The notes under the pieces are model-generated. The model worked only from the letters and a program-made list of their open reading frames with translations, had not been told where the DNA came from and ran no database searches. A stretch of DNA of 64,000 nucleotides from Octopus vulgaris (taxonomy: Eukaryota). Both the position numbers and the translations under genes were made by a program. How positions within the stretch are numbered: position 1 is the first letter of the stretch; every line of letters starts with the position of its first letter. Shown here one piece after another: positions 28,181 through 39,565 of this stretch. The DNA is taken from NCBI GenBank assembly GCA_951406725.2, contig OX597838.1, positions 1,426,001-1,490,000 on the forward strand, in the 5' to 3' direction.

Positions 28181-28406
28181 GACGGTGGTGGTGGTGGTGG
28201 TGGTGGTGATGGTGGTGGTGGTAGTAGTAGTGGTGGTGGTGGTAGTGATGGTGGTGGTGGTGGTGGTGGTGATGGTGGTGGTGGTAGTAGTAGTAGTAGT
28301 AGTGGTGGTAGTGATGGTGGTGGTGGTGGTGATGGTGGTGGTGGTAGTAGTAGTAGTGGTGGTGGTGGTAGTGATGGTGGTGGTGGTGGTGGTGATGGTG
28401 GTGGTG

Positions 28407-28438
<32 letters not shown>

Positions 28439-28612
28439 GACGGCGGTGGTGGTGGTGGTGGTGGTGATGGTGGTGGTGGTAGTAGTAGTGGTGGTGGTGG
28501 TGGTAGTGATGGTGGTGGTGGTGGTGGTGGTGATGGTGGTGGTGGTAGTAGTAGTAGTAGTGGTGGTGGTGGTAGTGATGGTGGTGGTGGTAGTAGTAGT
28601 AGTAGTGGTAGT
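27905..28612. repeat. Compound (GGT)/(AGT)/GAT trinucleotide array with higher-order periodicity
   Basis: Units of GAT(GGT)4(AGT)n(GGT)nAGT-GAY(GGT)n, about 60-65 bp each. Confidence 0.95.
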
Positions 28613-29226
28613 ACCAGCCGCAGCAGCACTAGAAGAAGAGGGAAGGAGGAGGAGGTAATGTCAAAAATAAACAAGCAACTGAATGTTGTGCGATGAGAAG
28701 CTTGAGGGGAGACATATTAGGAAAGTGAAAGACAGTTTTCCAGGCAGCCTGGCTGTCACCATTAAGACCAGGGAAAACATTAAGTCTACGGATACGGGAC
28801 AGTTTGTGTGCGTATGTGTGTGTGTGCTTGTTCTTAATACTGATATAGGGTGGAAGAGGAGCATTTGAAGTGAAGAAAGAGAGAAATGTGGTCAGATGAC
28901 GAGGTGGGAGAAATAATTTAAAAAATGGCCGCTGGAGGTGTTAAGTAGAGATTTATATGACAGAGTTCAGAGATTGATGTAGGAAATGTGGAGACATTAA
29001 GAAATAGATGGATTGACATTGATTGGGTCAACTTGGCAAAGCAGACGGATGCTGAAAGAGCCAACCCCTGCCGGAGATCCCAGACATACCTCACAGACGA
29101 AAGCAGCTTAGAACAGCTGTAAAATATATTTAAAAACTAAAGGTTATTAGACACACGTACGCAAACATGTATGCCTGTATATATATTTGTGTGTATACTG
29201 TATACATACATACACGCGTACATATA

Positions 29227-29305
<79 letters not shown>

Positions 29306-29355
29306 TTATATAAAGAGATAGATAGCTAGAGAGAGAGAGAGAGAGAGAGAGCGAG

Positions 29356-29418
<63 letters not shown>

Positions 29419-29504
29419 TGACAGATTTTAGCATTATTATAGGTTTTAAAATTCAGTGGTATTTCAAAATTTCTACAAAAAAGCTATCCTCAAACGGTAC
29501 CAAG

Positions 29505-29584
<80 letters not shown>

Positions 29585-29882
29585 TACACAAACACACACA
29601 CACAAACACAAACATACACACAACCGTATGGGTGTACTAATGGGAGAAAAACCATTCAATATTTTTGTAGAGTTTCACCTAGAACAGTTTGCTTATCCCT
29701 TCGAACCTGACCATTTTCTGATGCCATTTTACTGAGAGGGGTTCGCTTAAATATATTTGCTGGTCGCTGGAAGAAGACACAAAAAAAATGACAAGCTGAG
29801 AGTAACGACCAAATATGACAAAAGATTCTAAAGGCTCTATAGAATATTGTTGGTGACTAATGATATCAATATATATTTATTG

Positions 29883-29934
<52 letters not shown>

Positions 29935-30214
29935 ACATATATATATATATATAATATAAATATATGCATATATACATACATATATGTACATACCTACATG
30001 TATATGTGTATATGGGTACACGACATCAAATAAACGTAGACAAAATGAGAAACGAGAACATAAAAAACAAAAACATAGAAAACGAACATTTTTTCGAACA
30101 ACGAAAGAAACAAACAGAGAAACGAGACAAGCAACACAAATAACATTCCCTTCATCAGTTGTCCCCTCTTTTATCCACTGAATAATTTTATATATATATA
30201 AAATTATTGGTTTT

Positions 30215-30426
30215 AAATTTTTACCACAAGTTTATTTTCGGGGGAGGAGGTTAGTCAATTACATCGACCCCACCCCCAGTCCTCGACTGGTACTTATTTT
30301 ATCGTCTCCCAAAAGGATAAAAGGTAAAGTCAACCCCGGCAGAATTTCAACTGAGAAAGTACAGACGGACGAAATGCCGCTAAGCGTTTAGCCTGGAGTG
30401 CTAACGACTCTGCCAACTTGACGCCT
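30215..30426 (-). mobile_element. Family B SINE
   Basis: Colinear with 8631-8826: ACATCGACC..CTGGTACTTA..AAAGTCAACC..GAAATGCCGCTAAGC..GTGCTAACGA. Confidence 0.85.
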
Positions 30427-30440
30427 TATGTTTATATGTA

Positions 30441-30536
<96 letters not shown>

Positions 30537-30547
30537 TGTATGTATAT

Positions 30548-30935
30548 TATGTCAGGTCACTTTCGAGTGCTACTGGTAACATGTAACCCAGTACAACCTG
30601 TTGCATGGTCGGGTCGTCGGCGACTAAACTGGCAACCCCACCAAGCTTGCTTGGTGAGGAGGGTGTTTATTGGTCACCCTGCGGGATGAAAAATAAAACC
30701 CGTCAAAGGGCGGAGGAACTCTTGAGAGTCAACGGCTATCCAATAAATGTCTTATGGCTGTATCATGCGCGGGGACATAGAAATAATCGGACTGAATACC
30801 CGATCGCGCGGTTAAACCATTGGGAGTGAAGGACTCCTAGCCTTTGTTAGGGCATCCTTCTAGGAGAAGATAACTCAAGTAACTGGGATAACTCCGACAT
30901 AAAACTTGCGGCTCAGTGGTTACCGATGATGTTGA
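30548..30935 (+). mobile_element. RTE-like LINE 5'UTR fragment or non-autonomous derivative
   Basis: GC-richer block starting right after (TATG)n. It contains TAAACTGGCAACCCC, AAAACCCGTCAAAGGGCGGAGGAAC and GGCATCCTTCTAGGAGAAGATAACTC, which resemble RTE 5'UTR signatures. No ORF follows. Confidence 0.55.
30555..30632 (+). ncRNA. Candidate HDV-like self-cleaving ribozyme (slightly degenerate)
   Basis: P1 GGTCAC/ATGGTC, P2 CCAGT/ACTGG, P3 ACA/TGC, L3 ACCTGT, P1.1 CC/GG, P4 TCG-TCGG-CGA and J4/2 CTAA occur in the canonical order. Confidence 0.55.
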
Positions 30936-31135
30936 CTTGTTCTTCTTTTCGGATTATGGCTGCTGTTGCTTAGTGAGTGGGATTGACTCAGTGCACAGCC
31001 TTTCCTCATTAAAAAAAAATCTTCTTGCACAGGCATTGCACGATAACAACATTGATTAAGCTTCGTGCAATGGCCATACTCGATAACAAGGGGGCAGCCA
31101 CCATGTATCAATATAATATACTTATTATACATGTA

Positions 31136-31513
31136 GGCGCAGGAGTGGCTGTGTGGTAAGAACCTTGATTCCCAACCACATGGTTCCGGGTTCAGTCCAA
31201 CTGCGTGGCACCTTGGCAAGTGTCTTCTACTTCGGACCGACCAAAGCCTTGTGAGTGGATATTGTAGACGGAGGCTGAGAGAAGCCCGTCATATATATAT
31301 GTATATATGTACTTGTGTGTCTATGTTTGTACCCCCACCATCACTTGACAAATGATGTTGGTATGTTTACTTCCCAGTAACTTACCAGTTCGGCCAAAGA
31401 GACCGATAGAGTAAGTATTAGGCTTACATAGAATAAATCCTGGGGTCGATTTGTTCGACTAAACGCGGTGCTCCAGTATGACCGCAGTCAAATGACTGAA
31501 ACAAATGAAAGAA
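31136..31513 (+). mobile_element. Family A tRNA-derived SINE, full length (reference copy in this window)
   Basis: A-box TGGCTGTGTGG (31146), B-box-like GGTTCAGTCC (31189), CORE-like GGCACCTTGGCAAGTGTCTTCTACT, internal (TA)n and a conserved tail. Confidence 0.9.
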
Positions 31514-31643
31514 TATATATAGGTTTGATAACATAAACAAGAATACAGAACTAAAGACATGAGTATTTAATCGGCAGAAGTTAGAAAGTGACTCAAGGGT
31601 CAAAAGTTTCGTGTATTCTCACTTATCAAATATGTGTGCATTT

Positions 31644-31694
<51 letters not shown>

Positions 31695-32641
31695 TGTGTC
31701 TGTGTGTGTGTGTGTGTGTGTGTGTTTTACATTATGTGTGTGTGGTTTAGAGAATTAATACTGTTTTGATTCCTTAGCGAATCTGATCACAACTTAAGAC
31801 TCAAAACAGTATTAATTCTTTAAACTGCTTACCGAATATAGAATATAAGAGAAATACAAACTCTTGCTGGCTTTATACTTGTGTAGAACAGCGTAAATTG
31901 CTTTGGTGATGGTTTCTCGGTAAAAGGGACGGGGGTAGGCAGGGTGCGGTGGTGTGGTTTCCTACAGTCGTTCCATAAATAGAACTAAACATTGTGATCG
32001 ATAATAATTGACCGAAACCCTTAAACTTGTAAAATTATAGAGAATTTCTCAGCCCGCCTATCTGTCTGTCGGTCTGTCTCTCTCTCTATATATGTATATA
32101 CAGATACATACACACCCACGCACACACGCATACGCACTGCCCGCGCGCACACACACATACATACACACAAGCATATATATGTTTGTACGTATATATGTAT
32201 ACATACACTTTCACGCGTGCGCTACGCCAACATATAAGACCATGCATGCATCGTAAACACACACTCACGCACACTCACGTACGTGCACATTCACGTACAC
32301 ACTCACGTACGTACACACTCACACAGACAGACACACACACGCATGCACGCATACATGCGAGATTGATAGCTTCTAAAAGATGCTTCGCTTCATTGACCTA
32401 AGGTGAAAGTAGCTTTGATCAGAAGGAAATGAGGACAGTGTTCAATGATGATTGGGTGTTTCGATCCTGGAGCGTGGTACCCAGCCATTGGAGGGTTGAC
32501 AGTATTGACCAAACCACTGTTCATGTCATCCTCCTCGCTTTCATCTCCCGTCCCTTACTGGATGACCAGCAAAGGGCTCTTTCTGCTGCCTTTCCTAACC
32601 TGTTTGTATTCGCAAGATATGTGTGTTTAAACCTCTGTGCG

Positions 32642-32702
<61 letters not shown>

Positions 32703-34693
32703 AAGATAGAGAGAGAGTGTGTGTGTGTGTGCCTGTGTGTAACATACACGTATAAATTCATTTTATGAGACAGCTGTGAACATGATGCTAAATTCTTAAA
32801 GATAGTCAGAAGGTGAGACATCATTAATGGGTGATGACTCCACCTTCCCATAATCTATACGTTGCTGTTTATAGGTAAATCAAAGGTAAGGAATAAATAT
32901 GGAAAATAAGAAAAATAAAAAAATTATTTTATTTTTCTTAATTACTTCCTGTTTTTGATTTATAACTAAACACATGTCGATAACTGTCTGTAACATTGCA
33001 ACGGAATCTGTCGATCACCATTCCTGGCCAACGGCTTAAACCTACGGTCACTAACAAGATGCTGTATTAAAACCGAGCGAAACAGGGTTTATTTAACGAG
33101 AAACTCCTTATAACATCACCTGACGAGATGCACCACAAACACATGCGCAGTCTCCCACCCACGAATGATCGATGGGGGTTGGGTGGAAACGATCGTCGGG
33201 AGCAATAAAGTTTCTCGTATATTCCATATTCCATTTTCCGTCTCTATCATTCGTTATGTACTGAATGATCATTGAGAAATTCCCGAGGAAGATCCAGCGG
33301 CAGTTGTGAAAATACCATGGGTGACATCAGGTAGCCATAAGAAGTGAACGTGCTTCAATCAGCTAACAGCCGGGTACATACCCACACACACGCACACACA
33401 TCTATAAGCATGTTTAAAGGGACACATAAGTGTATATGTATCTACACATGCATGTATGTACAGGTGCACGTATGAGTGTTGACGGATGGTGCATGCGAGT
33501 TGGTACGTGTGTACATGTAGTTAGTATCGTTGCAACTGCAGGACTACATCGTGATTGTGTTTACGTGAATTTGACTCATTGTGTGTGTGCGTGTGTGAGT
33601 GAGTATGTGTGCGCGTCTGCGTGCATGCGTGTTTGTGTGTGCGGGTGTGTGTATGTTATAATTATTGTGTTAGTTGTGTACATGTCTGTATGTGTGTGTG
33701 TGTATTTATGTGTCTGTTAATCTTTATTTAGTGTCAGTGATTGCACTTTATTGTTTACGTCTAGAGGAAACTGTTGGGTGCGGTTCAACTGAGATAGAGG
33801 GCGACATGGCTGTAATAAATTCGACTCATCTAAAGACACCACTTACGGACACCCAAAGGTGGCAGGTGATTGTGTTGGGCGAGGACGAATACTTGAGTTG
33901 ATAAGATGACAGTGATATTAAAACAGCTGGTGGTATTTTGGTGACAGCTTGTTTACCCGAAACGCAACCAGGTTAGATATGGAAATCAGTTGAACCAGTT
34001 GCTCTTTCACTGCACAGCAACAGTTATCCCGCCACGTTGTGTGTTGAATGTTTATTGGTGAGTGTATACGTGTTTTACTGCAGAGTAAAATCACGGTATC
34101 GCTAGGGGTGGTGTCATTTAGTGCAGTCAATCTATGTCAAGGCTGTGACCTAGCGATCCAACAATAAGGTTTCGATAAAATCAATACAAATAGAATGGGG
34201 ACAGATATTGATATGATTGAATATCTTGAAAGCTGGGGTTCATGAGCATAGTACAATGGCTGAAACCAGTGATTGGGAGAGGACATTTGTGTGTGGGTTG
34301 GTGTGCGTGTACACACGCACATATACATGCAATGCACACACACACACACATACACACACGCACACACACACGTGCGTGTGCGTGTTTGGGTGTGTCATAA
34401 TATCTAAAGAAAGATTGTCAAACACGTGTTTCAAAAGTTCAACAACGAAAGCGCTTACACACAAAATACACACAACAGGAAAACCTCCTCCCAAAAGGTT
34501 CGTGGTATTTTGTATTTCAAAAATAGTTAATAACATTTAGGAAAATATTTCTTTAAATATACCTATATCTATTTATATATTACGTATATACATACATACA
34601 TGCATGCATACATACATACATACATACAAACATACATACATACATACATACATACATACATACATACATACGTACATACATACGTACATACAT

Positions 34694-34737
<44 letters not shown>

Positions 34738-34995
34738 GTGAGTATATATATATATATATATGTAGTTTATTATTCTTTAACAAAATCAGTATTGACGGTG
34801 ATTTCGGAAGTGTCGGCCTGCTAAGTCATCATCGAACTGTTCATTGATGGTTTAGTTGGTCGAAACTTCAAAGTCACTATTAATACTGATTTTGCAAAAG
34901 AATAGTAAATTTGTACTCTACAAAAGAATGGAGTTACACTTCAGAATTATGCAAAATTGTTTTTATTACAAAATCACAAACCATTATTATTATGA

Positions 34996-35205
34996 AAGAC
35001 GACCTGGCCGAGTCGTTAGCACACTAGGCAAAATGTCTAGCGGTATTTCGTCCGCCTTTACGTTCTGTGTTCTAATGCTAGCAAGGTCGACTTTGCCTGT
35101 TGTCCTTTCGGGGTCGATAAAATAAGTTTGAATCGAACACTGGGTGCAATGTAATCAAATTATCTCCTTCCTAGAAAGTCGTGGCCTTGTGTTTAAATTT
35201 GAAAT
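34996..35205 (+). mobile_element. Family B SINE
   Basis: CTGGCCGAGTCGTTAGCAC..AGCGGTATTTCGTC..GGTCGACTTTGCC..TCCTTTCGGGGTCGATAAAATAAG..GGCCTTGTG. Confidence 0.85.
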
Positions 35206-35259
35206 CATTATAACAACACATGAAAACAAACATTAATACACACACATATATATGGGTCT

Positions 35260-35338
<79 letters not shown>

Positions 35339-35669
35339 CGTCCATATACTCGTTTCTTATGCATACATTTCTAGCAATTAAACAACTGTTTTGAGCAAGT
35401 GATAAGAATTTTTCTAGCACTCCTCTTAGAAAAATTTGGAAATTTATCCAGCAATTCTAAGACTTAAAAAGCCATAAGATCGAATTGGACATTTGCCGAT
35501 TTTGAGCGATTTTGAGTCCAGATTTATTTACAGATATTCTACCTTTATTCATTGAATTCTGCAATATCTCTTCATTTCTTTATCAGTCTGTCTGTCTCTT
35601 TCTTTCTCTGTTTGTCTTTCTATTTATCTATCTCTGTCTGTCCATCTGTTGATCTATCTGTCTCTTATT

Positions 35670-35726
<57 letters not shown>

Positions 35727-36046
35727 GTATATGTCCCTTTGGAGGTGTATGTGTATGTGGGTGTGCGTGTGTATGTTTTAATTCTTAATCTTTAAGAGAA
35801 TTAGCAGATACTTCTTCTTTCAAATCAGCCGTTTTATGTCACATGACAGCAAGCTGTCAAATTTGCGCACTATCTCACCTGAACATATTCGCTGATTATT
35901 CCTTCGGGTGGCCAAAAACACAAAATATTAAGCAAAAAATTTAATTTGTGTAATTTGTATAAAATTTAATTTCTATTATTACCTGACAGAAATAGGTAAT
36001 ACTTTAATGCTTTTATACCACACATACACGCACAGACACAGACACA

Positions 36047-36107
<61 letters not shown>

Positions 36108-36675
36108 GCACGCACGCACGCACGCACACACACACATAGACACATACATACACACACACAATCAAACTCACACACACAGACTCAAACACACACATATATA
36201 TATTATGTATATATCAATATATATATATGTATGCATATATATATGCATATATTTATATATGTATATATATATGCATATATATATGTATATATATGTACAT
36301 ATATGTATATATATATGCATATATATACATATATATATGTATATATATATATAAGTGTGTATATATATATACATATATATGCATATATATATGCATATGC
36401 ATACACGCTCACATATAGAATCTTGATCTTAAAAATACACAGTGCAAATCATGCAAATGTACACAACACAGACACCACACAGCAAAGCTACACAGACTAT
36501 ATGTTGTATCCGTCACACAACAGACAAGACACGAAAATAACTAAAGAAATACCAGAACTTTCTATTAAATACAAACACATTCGTACATTTCCCTAAAGAC
36601 AATGGTGTGGTGAAACGGGAGGGCGGTTACTGGTGATGCGGTAGCAATCGACAGAAAACTGTTGAAACGTAATAA

Positions 36676-36737
<62 letters not shown>

Positions 36738-36764
36738 ATAATAATGATAATAAAAATCATTTAC

Positions 36765-37148
36765 TCTTTTACTTGTTTCTGTCATTTGACTGTGGCCATG
36801 CTGGAGCGCCGCCTTTAGTCGAGAAAATCGACCCTAGGACTTATTCTTTGTAACCCTAGTACTTATTCTATCGGTCCCTTTTGCTGAACCGTTAAGTTAC
36901 GGGGACGCAAACACGTAAAAACCAGCATCGGCTGTCAAGCGATTTTGGCGGGGACAAACACAGACATACAAACATATAAACATACATACATGTATATACA
37001 TATATACGACGGGCTTCTTTCAGTTTCCGTCTACCAAATCCACTCACAAAGCTTTGGTCGGCTCGAAGCTATAGTAGAAGTCACTTGCCAAAGATGTCAC
37101 GCAGTGGTTGGTAAGCAAGCTACTTACCACACAGCCACGCCTAAGCCT
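36765..37148 (-). mobile_element. Family A SINE, near full length
   Basis: Reverse complement is colinear with 31136-31513, with a small deletion in the head and an internal (TA/CA) tract. Confidence 0.9.
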
Positions 37149-37294
37149 ATAATAACAACAATATTAATAATTATAATAACGATTTCTTTTATTGGCCACA
37201 TGGTCCCATGACATTGAGGACAATATTGAAGGACGAGTTACAGTACACACAAAAAAAAAGATAACACGAATGATGATGATGTTGAGGATTTCAA

Positions 37295-37452
37295 AGTATG
37301 GCACAAAGCCAGCAATGCCGAGGGAGTGATTAAATCGATTACATGTAGCACAGTGCTCGACTGGTACTTATTTTATCGACTCCGAAACGATGAGAGGCAC
37401 AACCGACCTCGCCAGAATTTGCGCGCAGAACGAAATGCTGCTAAGCATTTTC
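37295..37452 (-). mobile_element. Family B SINE, partial
   Basis: GGCACAAAGCCAGCAAT..CTGGTACTTATTTTATCGAC..CGACCTC..GAAATGCTGCTAAGCATTT. Confidence 0.8.
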
Positions 37453-37574
37453 TCCTGATTATTGCTCTCCGACTTACAGGATTATATTTAGAGAGGTGAG
37501 ATGAAATTATGCTATTTTCGCAACTTTCATCCACTTTTCAATAAATTCACTGGAGAACAGCACGTCCCCGCCAC

Positions 37575-38670
37575 CTCACTTTCATTCAAATGGTTGGTAG
37601 TACCACATAAACAGCATCACAGTCTTCTTCCGCTGGTTTTGTCTAGTTAAACGTTTTATATCATTCAGAGTTTTGTTCATAGTTTCCTGCTTTGACTTGG
37701 ATAAGTTGCAACTCAATTTCCGATAATTTTTCCTGTTGATGATTTTTGAATTTGAACAAAGGAATCAGCTCCTTCCATAGCAGCACGTGCTCCCTCTCAC
37801 AAGATGTCCAATTCTGTCGGTACGTTCGAAATGTTAATCTGCACCACACACCTCCCCAATGACACAATAGACTATCATAGAAGACATTGCTTATCGTCTG
37901 GTTGGAGTTGATAACACTCCAAAACCCTCCAAATTCCTCTCAAGTATATTTTTATTTGGACCTGAGTTGCCATTTACACTCACATTGCCATTAACCAACC
38001 CACAACGGAATACCGTCGATCTCCTGACTGTTTTTGTTTTTCGAAAAATCATGTGGTGCCTGCAAAAAACAATTTTTGTTTTCAAAATCAACGCGTTGTT
38101 GCGATCGTTTCAGTTTTCCCGTTTTTCAGCTATTTCGGACTGGTCCCTTCAAATGATGTAACAAACTTTGTGTCATTCCTGCTGCTCCAGAATCTGCCAC
38201 TGGTTGAGGTAGAGGTAGAAGAGGCATTGACTGTACCAGCGTTGTTGTGACTACTATTATTTAAGGTTGTTAATCTGAGAAATTCGCCTTTTGTGTTCTC
38301 GCTGCATTTCTTGCTGTTGTTGGCAGTGGTTTGGGTGGTGAGGGTCGGATGGTTTTCAGAAGCCACAGTGAATGTGACAGTGGTGGAGGCGGAGTGGCGA
38401 AATTGTTATTGGAATGACTGAGAAAGTGGCTTTGTTGTTGTTGTTAATGTACTTTATCTCGATCGGGATTTCCAGGCTTGAGAAATCCTTGCTGTTGTTA
38501 GTGCTGTGGTTACTATTGTCGGTTTTGATTTTTTTTTGCAATTATTTTCCTCCGTGTTGTTATTGTTGTTGTTGCTGGACGTGGTGGTGGTTGTGGTGGT
38601 GGTGATACTATTTCATTATTTGCCTTTGTGTCTGCTGTTTCATTATTTACCTTTGTTTTTGTTGCCATGA
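37575..38670 (-). pseudogene. Decayed gag-like ORF1 of an L1/Tx1-like LINE (tentative)
   Basis: Broken S/T/N-rich N-terminal ORFs, then RRSTVFR, GRCVVQINISNVPTELDIL* (RRM-like) and a degenerate zinc knuckle GRRL*CCLCGTTNHL (~37588-37632). Multiple stops and frameshifts. Confidence 0.5.
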
Positions 38671-39069
38671 CAACGACATTATTTCTAACCTCAACATCTC
38701 TCGACTTCGCAAAAGAGAATACACTTGTTGCTACTTCTGCTATAGTATTTTAAAAAACAATTCCTCATTCTCCTGTCTTGTTGCGTCGAATATTATTATG
38801 AAATCGTTCAGAGCCATCAGTAAGCTTCCGTCGATTCAAAATTATTCCAAACCTTCGGCACCCTAATAGGGCTTACATGAAACTAACTACACCCAGATGA
38901 AGCGGATATACTCCTCTGTTCAATGGTGAATAGCATCTGGCAACTATTAATCTAAGAGGTGGGGAAAATGGTATATTTAATCTAAAACTTAGAGCCCAAA
39001 ATCTGCGTATTTTCTTGTTCCTTAGTAAGTAAAATACTACTACAACTACTACTACTACTACTACTACTA

Positions 39070-39282
39070 GTTTCAAATTTTGCCACAAGGCCAGCAATTT
39101 TGGGGGAGAGGAGAAGCCGATTACATCGACCTCCGTGCTCAACTTGTAATTAATTTATCGACCCTGAAAGGATGGAAGGCAAAGCCGACCTCGGCAGAAT
39201 TTGAACTGAGAACGTAAAGACAGACGAAAGACCGATAAGCATTTCGGCCGGCCTCCTAACGATTCTGCCAGTTCACACAGCC
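39070..39282 (-). mobile_element. Family B SINE
   Basis: Colinear with the other B copies and flanked by (CTA)n and (AAT)n. Confidence 0.88.
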
Positions 39283-39300
39283 TTAATAATAATAATAATG

Positions 39301-39364
<64 letters not shown>

Positions 39365-39369
39365 ATGCT

Positions 39370-39565
39370 TCTAATTTTGGCACAAGGCCAGCAATGTTGG
39401 AAGAGTGGGGAAAGTCGATTACATCGACCGTCAGTACTCAATCGGTACTTACTGTTATCGGACTCGAAAAAATTGAAAGGCAAAGTCGACCTCAGCGGAA
39501 TTTAAACTCAGATTGAGAAGACAAAATTTCTCTAAGTGTCCATCGTGCTAACGATTCTGCCAGCT
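39370..39565 (-). mobile_element. Family B SINE
   Basis: TTTGGCACAAGGCCAGCAAT..GGCAAAGTCGACCTC..GTGCTAACGATTCTGCCAGCTC. Confidence 0.85.

Noticed and set aside
27805-28674. 289-aa extensin-like SPPPP ORF and the poly-V ORF
   Set aside because: A pure trinucleotide array that is open on both strands, with no non-repeat domain or splice context.
29090-29125. Hammerhead-like CAGACGA..CAGCT/AGCTG..TAAAAT (also 33120, 41210, 51570-51595)
   Set aside because: One or both conserved boxes are broken and stems I and III are absent, so they are indistinguishable from chance.
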